Below, one piece after another: positions 33,010 to 42,475 of a stretch of DNA of 64,000 bases (within the stretch, counting starts at the first letter, position 1; each line of letters begins with the position of its first letter). Source of the stretch: Chloroflexota bacterium. Its GTDB lineage: Bacteria > Chloroflexota > UBA11872 > VXOZ01. Both the position numbers and the translations under genes were made by a program. Under the pieces are notes generated by a model that saw nothing but the letters and a program-made list of their open reading frames with translations, was not told the origin of the DNA and did not search any database. The stretch lies in the NCBI GenBank assembly GCA_965221905.1, contig OZ244922.1, positions 1,632,001-1,696,000 of the forward strand, given 5' to 3'.

Positions 33010-33146
33010 CCGGGCTCCAGGATAGGGGAGAATTGCTCCGGACCATGGATGCGCAGAGGTTTCCCTTATGGAGAGTGCATAAGCGGGCAGTTTCAACTCG
33101 TTTGAAAACTGTGAAAAAGACAGTTTATAGACTGTGAGGAGGATAA

Positions 33147-33569
33147 ATGAACGCGCGAGCTAACTCTGAAAAGTATCAGTTCTACGGCATTCAGCCCGTG
33201 CTGGAAGTCGCGGATGTTGAAGCTACGGCGGCGTGGTACTGCGAGATCCTGGGGTTCTCACTGGACTTCGTGGACATGGCACACGGCGGGCATGCCCGGG
33301 TCTCTATTGGCGGCGGGGCCGGCAAGAGTCCCCAGCGTATGCGATTCACCGGCTACCGCCGCCGCCACGGCACTGAACCGATAACGGCGGGATACACCTA
33401 TGTCCACTGTGTGCTGATAGACGAACTCTACGCAGAGTATCGGCAGAAGAGCGTCACGATCCGACCGGAGTATGAAAACGGGCCTGTCACCAAGCCATAC
33501 GGTTTACGCGAATTCGAAATAGAAGACTGTAACGGCCATATCCTGCTCTTCGCCCAAGAGGGTGGATAA
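33147..33569 (+). CDS. VOC/glyoxalase (bleomycin-resistance-like) protein
   Basis: PVLEVADVE...AWY..ILGF, KPYGLREF.IED.NGH; GAGGAG RBS. Confidence 0.85.
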   Translation: MNARANSEKYQFYGIQPVLEVADVEATAAWYCEILGFSLDFVDMAHGGHARVSIGGGAGKSPQRMRFTGYRRRHGTEPITAGYTYVHCVLIDELYAEYRQKSVTIRPEYENGPVTKPYGLREFEIEDCNGHILLFAQEGG

Positions 33570-33600
33570 AGGCAGCGCGCCGATTTGACCCAGAAGCAGG

Positions 33601-35052
33601 CTAGTCTGCTAATGAATCTACCGTCCAATCGTCCAGCGGCGTGAATTGGGTGGTATCGAGCGTAAAGCCGTAGCCGAACGGCGCGTCCACGATGCTCGAT
33701 ACGTCCACGCGCCCTTGCCGCACGTCGAGCGCAGGAAACCCTTCCTCGTGGCGGCGATAGAAAGTGCTGTGGCTCGCGAGCACCTGAGACTGGACGCTCT
33801 GCGGGTACATGCTCAGTCCCGCAAAGTAGTGATGGCCGTTGCGTTCGGCGTGTGTAATTCCGAGATTCGCCGCCACGGTGAGGTCTTGAATCATGGCAAC
33901 CGGCCCCACGCTGCAGAGGTCTTCGCTGCTCAAGATAAACGCGCGACTTGGATCGCGCTGACGAAAATGAGCAAGGAGACAGGCGTTCACGATCCCGCGA
34001 AAGACTCCTTTGCAGTTCTTGTGACTGCCGCCGGCATAGCCGCAAGCCAAGGCGTCGGCAAGGCTGTTCAACTCGCCATCGGACTCATCGATGATCAACG
34101 GCGGGCGGTCATGCCAGCGCTGGAGGTCCGCTTGCACAGACTCCCCGAGCGCAACGTCGCGATGGAACGGCTGCTCCACGAAGAGCGCACGGTCAAGGAA
34201 GGAACGGAGTGAAGGTTCGGACTGAATCGTCTCCCAGAAACGCTGAAACGGGCCGACTTCCGTGTAGAATTCGTTGCCGTCCAGCGTGTGGGCGTAATCG
34301 TCGGGCGCATGCGATTCCATGATCCGTGCAATGCGCTGCAGCCGCTTGATGTCTGCGCCAGTTTCACCAGATAACTTGATTTTAAGGTGCGTCAGGCCGT
34401 AGAAGCGAACGCTCGCTTCCAGGGATTGGGGTAGTCCGTCTTCTAGGCGTTCTTCTTGGGGAACATCGCTATCGGTAATCGGGTCGGCCAAGCCAACCGT
34501 GTGACGGATGATCATAGTACGATTGGCGCGATCCGGCAGCAGCGCGGCGGGTTCTTTACCGGCAAGCTCCCGATGGAGGGCCTCGAGTCGCACGCCGAGA
34601 GAATTGTCCCGCACCGCTTGCTCGAACGACCTGCCGGTGGCGCGGCAGAAGGCGTCGACCAAGGCCCGTTCCACCATGCTCACGCCAAAGCCCCAGAGCA
34701 GGGGTGGAAAGCTCGTTTCGGCCGCCCACGCTGTCTGGCGTTGGAAGACCTCTTCCCAAAGATCGAACGGGCTCGCGGCTGCAGGCGCGTCAAGGGCAAA
34801 CTTTACCGCTTGCCGAATCACCGTGAGCATCTCGTCGAGGTCTTCGGCAAAAGACGTTTCGGGATTCTTGGTAAACCACTTCGGCGGCAGACCTTCTGCG
34901 GAAACGCCAACGGCAGTCGCTCCGTCAACTCTTGCGGTCACACGCAAAAAGAGGTGGGGAACAGACTCCAGCGAGGCAATGCCGTACCGAAACGGCATGC
35001 GAGTCCGCATGTTGAGGACGTTAAGATCAATGTCTTGGACTGAGATATTCAA
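33601..35052 (-). CDS. Enolase-superfamily (mandelate racemase-like) protein
   Basis: RMPFRYG, KIK, metal ligands TLDGNE / VEQP / IDESD, HKNCKG; start uncertain (TTG near 35052). Confidence 0.7.
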   Translation of the reverse strand: MNISVQDIDLNVLNMRTRMPFRYGIASLESVPHLFLRVTARVDGATAVGVSAEGLPPKWFTKNPETSFAEDLDEMLTVIRQAVKFALDAPAAASPFDLWEEVFQRQTAWAAETSFPPLLWGFGVSMVERALVDAFCRATGRSFEQAVRDNSLGVRLEALHRELAGKEPAALLPDRANRTMIIRHTVGLADPITDSDVPQEERLEDGLPQSLEASVRFYGLTHLKIKLSGETGADIKRLQRIARIMESHAPDDYAHTLDGNEFYTEVGPFQRFWETIQSEPSLRSFLDRALFVEQPFHRDVALGESVQADLQRWHDRPPLIIDESDGELNSLADALACGYAGGSHKNCKGVFRGIVNACLLAHFRQRDPSRAFILSSEDLCSVGPVAMIQDLTVAANLGITHAERNGHHYFAGLSMYPQSVQSQVLASHSTFYRRHEEGFPALDVRQGRVDVSSIVDAPFGYGFTLDTTQFTPLDDWTVDSLAD

Positions 35053-35354
35053 AGAGATGCATCCAGTTTTGGCTTGCTCTGCTCCATGATACCCCGCAGC
35101 ACGCGCGAATTCATCTCCACGTGCGCAAGGCACTTCGACAAGCGCAGTGGAAACTCTGTCGAAGCACGTGCCAGCCGGTGTCATCTTTCCCAAACCGGAG
35201 AGTATCCAGGAGGGATAGTGCTCCCATTTACTCTCGGTGTGGATAGACAGGCAGCGCCCATGCGCTATTCTCTCAGATTGCTTTCATATAAGTTTGACAT
35301 GATATAGGGAAAGTGCCCGCAACAACTGGGAATAAGTGGAGGAACTAGAGTGAA

Positions 35355-36332
35355 ATGGCGCGAAACAGATTCCTTTGGCGGATATTCGGTCTGTACCTTA
35401 TCAGCGGTCTGCTCATTGGATGCGCCGTAACGCCTGCTGCGACTGCTCCCAGCCAAACTGCGGAGCCGCGCAAGGAGGCTCCTGTAGAGGCCCCTTCAAA
35501 AGCTCCTGAAAAGGCTCAGAGCGTCGTGAACATCCTGCTGCTTGGCGTGGATTCATGGGATACACTTTCAGGCCGCAGTGATGCTATTGTCATGGTCAGC
35601 GTAGACTTGGAACACGAGCGCGTGTTGCTGACATCCGTGCCGCGGGACTTGCGCGTCAACCTCGGCGATCTCCCACAGCCGCAGCGCATCAATGCCGCGT
35701 ATGCGTATGGCGGCGGCGAACTGGCGCGCGCCACGCTCGAGCGAGTGCTCGATGTTGAAATTCCCTACTATGCGGTCGTGAACTTTGCCGGTTTCGCGCG
35801 CATAATCGATACGCTTGGCGGTGTAACGGTTGACGTTCCGGAGAACATCATTGACTTGGAGTTTCCGGCAGTAGACGGCATAGAATACGAGCCGTTTGTG
35901 CTGCTGGCGGGCGTCCATCACTTCGACGGCGAAACTGCGCTAAAATATGCGCGGACGCGCAAGTCTAGCGAGAATGGTGACTTCAGCCGGATGAACCGTC
36001 AGCATCAGGTGATGCGGGCACTTAAAGCGCAGGCGCTGACGCCCCGCACGCTGCTCCATATTCCAGCCCTCTACAGGGATTTCCGTTTTGCGGTCGACAC
36101 CAACATCTCGCTAGAGATAGTCCTGCGCCTGGCTAGGGTTGCCAGCAGCATTGAGGGAGACTCCGTGGAATCCTATGCGATAGATGAGGCGTCCGGGCTA
36201 GTAACTTCCCAGATGGTCGACGGGATGTTTGTACTCGAACCTGATCTCGTCGGCATTCGAACGGCAGTAAGCGAGAGAATCTCATCGCTTGCTGAAGAAG
36301 GGACGCAGGTTGTGGGAGCGGCAGGCTCCTGA
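35355..36332 (+). CDS. LCP (LytR-CpsA-Psr) family protein
   Basis: NILLLGVD, RSDAI, SVPRD, RINAAY, ALKYARTR, DFSR..RQ. Confidence 0.93.
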   Translation: MARNRFLWRIFGLYLISGLLIGCAVTPAATAPSQTAEPRKEAPVEAPSKAPEKAQSVVNILLLGVDSWDTLSGRSDAIVMVSVDLEHERVLLTSVPRDLRVNLGDLPQPQRINAAYAYGGGELARATLERVLDVEIPYYAVVNFAGFARIIDTLGGVTVDVPENIIDLEFPAVDGIEYEPFVLLAGVHHFDGETALKYARTRKSSENGDFSRMNRQHQVMRALKAQALTPRTLLHIPALYRDFRFAVDTNISLEIVLRLARVASSIEGDSVESYAIDEASGLVTSQMVDGMFVLEPDLVGIRTAVSERISSLAEEGTQVVGAAGS

Positions 36333-36600
36333 GTCGCCCTGGATTCACAGAGCGCATTCGGTCGGGCGCGAATTCCCTTGCCCAGTGTGATCACATTAGA
36401 GAAGGGCGCGGTTGGTAAGACCCCATTTGCGCCAAGTGGATCGCAGGTTTGTAACCTGCGCTACCGGGAATGGCGACTCATGCTGGGCGCAGGTAGCAAG
36501 ACCTGCGTCAAATGACTTCGCCTGAGCGGCGTAAAGTGATTCCCCTGGGCGGATCGATCGCCCTGCTTTTCACGGTGCCGCTTGGTCGGACAGCGCCGGC

Positions 36601-37527
36601 CTAGATGCCCATCACGTCGACCAACTCGCGGACCGCGTCCGCAGATTGATTGAGCAAGGTGCTTTCTTCTGCGGTGAGGTCGAGCTCAACGATACTCTCT
36701 ACGCCGCCTGCGCCAAGTTGTATCAAGACGCCAACGTAGACCCCGCTGATGCCATACTCGCCCTCCAAGTAAGCCGCGCACGGCAAGACCCGTTTCTGGT
36801 CGAGCAAAATAGCGTCGATCATCTCGACAAGCGCCGCGCCCGGCGCTTCATAAGCGCTGCCCAGCTTGAGGAGGTTCACGATCTCGGCGCCGCCGTCGCG
36901 GGTGCGCTGAATGATCTCTTCCAACCGCTCAGGCGCGATGAAGTCGGTGATCGGTTTGCCGGAAACGCTGGAATACCGTGGCAGCGGGACCATCTGGTCG
37001 CCGTGGCCGCCGAGCACGTAGCCGGTAATGTCGCGCATAGAGACACCGAGCTCTTGGGCGAGAAACGTCCGGTAGCGGGCTGAATCGAGCACGCCGCCCT
37101 GTCCCACGACGCGGTTCGTGGGAAAGCCGCTTACTCTCCAGGCGAGTTGCGTCATGGCATCAACGGGATTGGTGACGACGATGATGATGCAGTCGGGCGA
37201 ATGCTTGGCAATTTCGCCGGTTACGGCGGTGATCACCTTCTGATTAACGGCCAGCAAGTCGTCGCGACTCATACCGGGCCTGCGGGGACTGCCACTGGTA
37301 ATAACGACCAGGTCGGACCCGGCGGTATCGGCATAGTCATTAGTGCCGACGATGCTGGAGTCGTAGTTGACTATTGGCGCTGCCTGCAGGATGTCGAGCG
37401 CTTTTCCTTGGGGCAACCCCTCAACGATGTCAATCAACACGATATCCGCATAATCCCGCTCAGCTAAGCGCCGGGCGCAGGAGCCGCCGACTTGGCCGGC
37501 GCCAACTATTGTCACTTTCTTACGCAT
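36601..37527 (-). CDS. mdh: Malate dehydrogenase (LDH-like)
   Basis: GAGQVG, PRRPGMSRDDL, TNPVD, LDSAR, GGHGD. Confidence 0.95.
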   Translation of the reverse strand: MRKKVTIVGAGQVGGSCARRLAERDYADIVLIDIVEGLPQGKALDILQAAPIVNYDSSIVGTNDYADTAGSDLVVITSGSPRRPGMSRDDLLAVNQKVITAVTGEIAKHSPDCIIIVVTNPVDAMTQLAWRVSGFPTNRVVGQGGVLDSARYRTFLAQELGVSMRDITGYVLGGHGDQMVPLPRYSSVSGKPITDFIAPERLEEIIQRTRDGGAEIVNLLKLGSAYEAPGAALVEMIDAILLDQKRVLPCAAYLEGEYGISGVYVGVLIQLGAGGVESIVELDLTAEESTLLNQSADAVRELVDVMGI

Positions 37528-37753
37528 TACTTGATGACCTCCATTGTCCTATTCATGTCTTCATGCCAACTGAGTGCTGAATTGTCGTGTCCACGTGAGG
37601 CGTGGAGTCGCATGGGGTTTCGTGTATGTTAGCGCACGCATCGGCGCTGCCAGGCATTGTTGTCGTGTCTTCGGGGTACTTAGCAAGCAGTCAGAACACA
37701 ATTCCACAAGACACGGTTGCCGGGATTGCAGGTGCACGCCAGCTCCACGCGAG

Positions 37754-38644
37754 CTATGCCAGCGGCAGCGCATGCAGGCGTTCCCGCACCGGATTGGTGG
37801 AAACGACGTGACGATTGAGGCCCAGGGCCGCCTCGTCGATGCCCAGCGCCATACCGATAAGTTGGGAGAGGTGGAGAATCGGCAGATTGAGAGGCGTCTG
37901 CACAACTCTGGCGGCATCAGGCTGCTGGGCGTCTAGATTCAAGTGACAGAGCGGGCAGGGCGTTACCATGAAGTCGGCGCCCTTCCCCTGTGCTTCACCC
38001 ACATGGTTACCGGCCATTGTGAGCGAATTTGTGCGGTTCATGGTGATGATGGGGAAGCCGCAGCACTTCTTCTTGCCGGAATAGTCCACCGGCGTGGCGC
38101 CACAGGCCTCGATAATCATCTCGAGGTAGCGCCCGCGCTCGGGGAAGTCGTGGTAACCGAGCACGTCGGTGGGGCGTGAGATATAGCAGCCGTAGAAGGG
38201 CGCAACGTTCAGTTCGGTAAGAGGACGTTTCACGAGCGACCTCAGGTTATCCAGACCAAAGTCTTCTACTAATACCCACATGAAGTTGCGGGGATCGGCA
38301 TTGCCTGAATACGCTAAGTCTTCCTCAGCGAGCATCTCATTGATCTCTGCCAAATACTCCGGGCGCGCCTTGAGCCGCTCATTGACGCTGCTCATAACGC
38401 CCTGACACGTGCTGCAGATGTTCATGAGCGGGAGCCCGGTCTGCTCCGCGAGTGCAAAGTTGCGCGCGTTCAGAGCGTCGGCCAGTTTCTGGTTGCGCTC
38501 GCTGATTACGCCGGCCCCGGTGCACGAAGCGGTCTCCATGAGTTCCAGTTCCATGCCGATGTGTTCCGCTACGGCGGTGAGCGACTGCATCAGTTCAGGA
38601 CACGCGCCGCGGGAGACGCAACCGGGAAAGAAGGCATACTTCAC
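37754..38644 (-). CDS. HdrB-like CCG-domain subunit (SdhE-type anchor of succinate dehydrogenase)
   Basis: FFPGC, SCTG, CSTC, FYGC, CCG and CPLC cysteine motifs; overlaps the sdhB stop. Confidence 0.88.
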   Translation of the reverse strand: MKYAFFPGCVSRGACPELMQSLTAVAEHIGMELELMETASCTGAGVISERNQKLADALNARNFALAEQTGLPLMNICSTCQGVMSSVNERLKARPEYLAEINEMLAEEDLAYSGNADPRNFMWVLVEDFGLDNLRSLVKRPLTELNVAPFYGCYISRPTDVLGYHDFPERGRYLEMIIEACGATPVDYSGKKKCCGFPIITMNRTNSLTMAGNHVGEAQGKGADFMVTPCPLCHLNLDAQQPDAARVVQTPLNLPILHLSQLIGMALGIDEAALGLNRHVVSTNPVRERLHALPLA

Positions 38645-39636
38645 TGTGAGGATTTCACTCCTTGTGCAGACTCAACTGCTTGTGCGGAGTCCACCTTTTC
38701 AAAGAGGCGCTTTACGTTGCCATGGTCCGGAATCTTGTGATGGAACGGGCCGGAAGCCAACGGCAGTTTGCCGGCGCGCAGGAGACGCAGGCCGCCGGGC
38801 ACATTCTTAACCTGCTCGACCGGATTCAGGCCAATCGAACGGAGCAAGAGCATCGGCTCATCCAGAATGCCGCTGTCCCGGATGATGCCTTCAAAAGCTT
38901 TCGCATGGCGCGTACCGGCATTGTTCGTTACGCCGGCGTGCTGGGCGCGCTCGCGAATTTCCACGATGCGCTCCAGCGGCGCGACGCCTTTCGGACAGAC
39001 CTCAACACAGAAGAAGCAATGGGTGCAGTCATAGACTCCGCCGTAGTCGCTGAGCTCTTCCAGGCGCTCCTGTCTGGCATCGTCGCGTGGGTCGTCAACG
39101 AAGCGGTAGGCTTTTGCCAGCGCCGCCGGGCCGATGAAGTTCTTGTCGACTTCCAACGACGTGCAATCGGAAACGCATGCGCCGCACATGATGCAATTCA
39201 TAGCCACGGTGAGGTCGAGAATTGTCTCGTTGGGTACCAGATATTCACGCTCAGGCACAGGCTGAATCGGCTCCAGCCATGGTTTTACCTGGCGAATCTT
39301 GTTCCAGAACACGTCCATATCCACTATCAGGTCTTTGAGCACCGGCATGTTGCCGCCCGGCTCGACCGTGATCATCTCGGAGTTATCCTGCATTTCCTTG
39401 GCTTTGGTAGCGCAGGCCAACCGTGCCTGACCATTGACGCGCACCATGCAGGAGCCGCAAATGGCGGACCGGCATGAGCAACGTACGGCAAGCGTGCCGT
39501 CAATGTACTCGCGAATGTGGATGAGGCAGTCCAACACAGTGGAAGTTTCCGGTAGATCCACGTCATACGCACGCCAGTAAGGGGCCGGATTTTCCGCCTC
39601 GGGATCGTAGCGCCGCACGTTGAGCTTGAACTGCAT
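38641..39636 (-). CDS. sdhB: Succinate dehydrogenase/fumarate reductase Fe-S subunit
   Basis: SCRSAICGSC...LAC, CIMCGACVSDC, CTHCFFCVEVCP. Confidence 0.92.
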   Translation of the reverse strand: MQFKLNVRRYDPEAENPAPYWRAYDVDLPETSTVLDCLIHIREYIDGTLAVRCSCRSAICGSCMVRVNGQARLACATKAKEMQDNSEMITVEPGGNMPVLKDLIVDMDVFWNKIRQVKPWLEPIQPVPEREYLVPNETILDLTVAMNCIMCGACVSDCTSLEVDKNFIGPAALAKAYRFVDDPRDDARQERLEELSDYGGVYDCTHCFFCVEVCPKGVAPLERIVEIRERAQHAGVTNNAGTRHAKAFEGIIRDSGILDEPMLLLRSIGLNPVEQVKNVPGGLRLLRAGKLPLASGPFHHKIPDHGNVKRLFEKVDSAQAVESAQGVKSSQ

Positions 39637-41313
39637 CTAGTACGTTCTCCTCGCGGGTTGCCACTGGGTGATCGTGACTGGCAACGTCTCCAACCGCGCT
39701 CCCTTGCCACTTTGGTAGACCAGCGTGTGTTTCAGCCAATCGTCGTCATTGCGGTCGGGGTAATCGGTGCGGAAGTGGGCTCCACGGCTCTCCGTGCGGT
39801 ACAGCGCACTCGCTACGATTGCCTCGGCCACGTCGAGCATCAGTCCGACTTCCAAGGCGAAGAGAAGGTCGGTGTTAAATACCTTCCCCTTGTCGTCGAC
39901 GCTGACGTTTTGAAAGCGCTCCTTAAGGTTTGCCACTATAGATTGCGCTTCTTCCAGGTCCTTTTGATTGCGGTAAACGCCAACGTGGTCGTGCATGGTT
40001 TGTCCCATGGAAAGCCGAAGCGCTGCTGCACGCTCGCCGTTGTTGCCGTTGCGAGCCAAGATGCTGCTGATGTGCTCCCGGTCTTCCTGCAAGCGCGATT
40101 CCGGCACGTCTGGGGTGGAGATACTGTCCGCATACAACACCGCGGACGTGCCCGCCCGCTTGCCGAATACGAGGGTGTCGAGAAGTGAGTTGGCCCCAAG
40201 GCGGTTGCCGCCATGTACCGAGACGCACGCCGTTTCGCCGGCGGCGTAGAGGCCCTTGACGAACGTCGCCCCTTCGATGTCAGTTTTGATGCCACCCATC
40301 ATGTAGTGCATGCCGGGCCGCACAGGGCAGGGCTCTTCGATAATGTCCACGCCTTCATATTCGAGCCCAAGCTCGCGAATCTGGCTGAGCTTTTGCAGAA
40401 TTGTGTTGCGGTCGATGTGGCGAACGTCGAGGAGAACACAGCCGTCTATGTCGCGGCCTTCGTTGATTTCGGTCTGCTCGGCACGCGAGACTACATCTCT
40501 GGAGGCAAGCTCCATCATATTCGGCGCGTAGCGCTTCATGAAGCGCTCGCCGTTGGCGTTGATGAGATAGGCTCCCTCGCCGCGTGCCCCTTCCGTCATT
40601 AGCGCGCCGTTACCGGGAAGCGTGGTGGGGTGATACTGGACCATCTCCATGTCCATCAGGGGCGCTCCCACCCGATAGGCCTGGGCGTAACCGTCACCGG
40701 TGCAAATCAGGGCGTTGCTACTGGGTTCATAGACGCGACCGGCGCCGCCAGTGCAGAGAATCACGGCTTTGGCTTTGATCAGATGGAGCTCGCCGGTGCG
40801 CATGTCCATTGCCACTACACCGCAGACGGTATCGTTTTGGCGCACGAGCGAGGTCACGAACCATTCTTCATAGACCCTGGTTCCCGCCTTCATGAGCTGC
40901 TCGTAAATGACGTGGAGCAGCACTTGGCCGGTAATGTCCGCCACGTAGCAGGTACGCTTGCGTGCCTGGCCGCCGAAGGCGCGCAGGTCAATTTGGCCGC
41001 GGGGGCCACGATTGAAGATGACGCCCATGTGTTCAAGCTCGATGATTGTCTCGGGAGCTTCACTGCAAAGCACTTCGATGGCGTCCTGGTCGCCCAGGAA
41101 GTCGCTGCCCTTCACCGTATCGTAGGCGTGATCTTCCCATGGATCGTCTTCTTCCATGGCGGCATTGATCCCGCCCTGTGCAGCATTCGAGTGGCTGCGT
41201 ACAGGGTGCACTTTCGAGAGTATGGCAACGCTCACGCCCTGCCGTGCCGCGTGCAGCGCAGCCTGCATGCCGGCAAGACCGGCGCCTACCACTATAACGT
41301 CATGCTCCAGCAT
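39637..41313 (-). CDS. sdhA: Succinate dehydrogenase/fumarate reductase flavoprotein
   Basis: GAGLAG, RSHSNAAQGG (covalent FAD His), QYHPT, EGARGEG, HYMMGG, HGGNRLG, ESRGAH. Confidence 0.94.
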   Translation of the reverse strand: MLEHDVIVVGAGLAGMQAALHAARQGVSVAILSKVHPVRSHSNAAQGGINAAMEEDDPWEDHAYDTVKGSDFLGDQDAIEVLCSEAPETIIELEHMGVIFNRGPRGQIDLRAFGGQARKRTCYVADITGQVLLHVIYEQLMKAGTRVYEEWFVTSLVRQNDTVCGVVAMDMRTGELHLIKAKAVILCTGGAGRVYEPSSNALICTGDGYAQAYRVGAPLMDMEMVQYHPTTLPGNGALMTEGARGEGAYLINANGERFMKRYAPNMMELASRDVVSRAEQTEINEGRDIDGCVLLDVRHIDRNTILQKLSQIRELGLEYEGVDIIEEPCPVRPGMHYMMGGIKTDIEGATFVKGLYAAGETACVSVHGGNRLGANSLLDTLVFGKRAGTSAVLYADSISTPDVPESRLQEDREHISSILARNGNNGERAAALRLSMGQTMHDHVGVYRNQKDLEEAQSIVANLKERFQNVSVDDKGKVFNTDLLFALEVGLMLDVAEAIVASALYRTESRGAHFRTDYPDRNDDDWLKHTLVYQSGKGARLETLPVTITQWQPARRTY

Positions 41314-41608
41314 GAATTGGCACTCCCGTGCAATCGCTCTTCTTACCCGGCGCGCTGGCGCCGAGAATTGTTGCAAGGACTACTGCAAGAGTTACTACAA
41401 AATAGGCTGGAAAATTGCCTCGCCAAGTCCGACGTGGCGTACACGCTAAACTTCGGGAGTTACCAGCCCTCAGCCACTAGTATACAGTCCAAACAGCATG
41501 AATGTTAAGCAAGTCTTCGACGCCCACCAGCAGGCGCACAAAAGCGAACCCCAACTTCATGGAGTCCGCTTGCGATAAATCTCGATTGAGGAGCGACACT
41601 CTTGCGTG

Positions 41609-42475
41609 TTAGCTCATCTGATCGAAGAGATTCTCCACCACGGTCATGGCGTTCTGCGTTACTTCCGGCCGGTTTCGCTTGATATGGTCCTCGAACGTAG
41701 GCTGCTGGGCTTGGTAATGGAGCCCCAAGTAGAGTGGGTCTTCGCTGGCAGCGTACTGCAGAGCGCTGCTGAAGTCGGTGGGATCAAAGTCGGCGGGCAG
41801 GTCTTCAGTGGCGTCCCGATAATACTTGAACGTATTGACCGTATTGAAGGTAGGGCACGGGCTGTACGTATCAATAAAAGCGAACCCCTCGTGCGCGATG
41901 CCGCGCGAGATAAGGTCGGCCAATTCCTTGGGCTTGCTTGAGAACCCACGGGCCACGAACGTGCAGCCGGTGGCAAGAGCGAGCAGAAGCGGATTTACTG
42001 CCGGATCGCTGGCCCCCTGCGGCGTTGCTTTCGTTGCAAGGCCGCGCTCGGCGGTGGGAGAGGTTTGCCCTTTGGTGAGACCGTAGACGGCGTTATCCAT
42101 CACCACGTAGCAAATGTTGAGGTTGCGGCGGATGGCGTGGATAAGATGCCCGACACCGATGGCAAAAGCATCGCCGTCTCCGCCCATTGCGAGAACTGGC
42201 ATATCAGGCTGCACCGCGCGAATCCCGGCGGCAACGGGCATAGCGCGTCCGTGCACCGTGTGGAAGCCGTAGGCATTGGTGAAGAAGGGCAGGCGGCTGG
42301 AGCAGCCGATACCCGATACGATGATAACGTTCTTGGGATCGAAATTGTGTTCGCTCAGCGCCTTGAAAACGGAGGTTAGAACGCCAAAGTCGCCGCAACC
42401 GGGGCACCAGGTTGGGCGCTCATCGCCCTTATAGTCGGCGACCTTTCGCTTCTCTACGGTTACTACACTAGACAT
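41609..42475 (-). CDS. korB: 2-oxoacid:ferredoxin oxidoreductase beta subunit
   Basis: WCPGCGD, SGIGCS, HGRA, GGDGD, YGLTKGQ.SPT, SPC.TFN. Confidence 0.9.
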   Translation of the reverse strand: MSSVVTVEKRKVADYKGDERPTWCPGCGDFGVLTSVFKALSEHNFDPKNVIIVSGIGCSSRLPFFTNAYGFHTVHGRAMPVAAGIRAVQPDMPVLAMGGDGDAFAIGVGHLIHAIRRNLNICYVVMDNAVYGLTKGQTSPTAERGLATKATPQGASDPAVNPLLLALATGCTFVARGFSSKPKELADLISRGIAHEGFAFIDTYSPCPTFNTVNTFKYYRDATEDLPADFDPTDFSSALQYAASEDPLYLGLHYQAQQPTFEDHIKRNRPEVTQNAMTVVENLFDQMS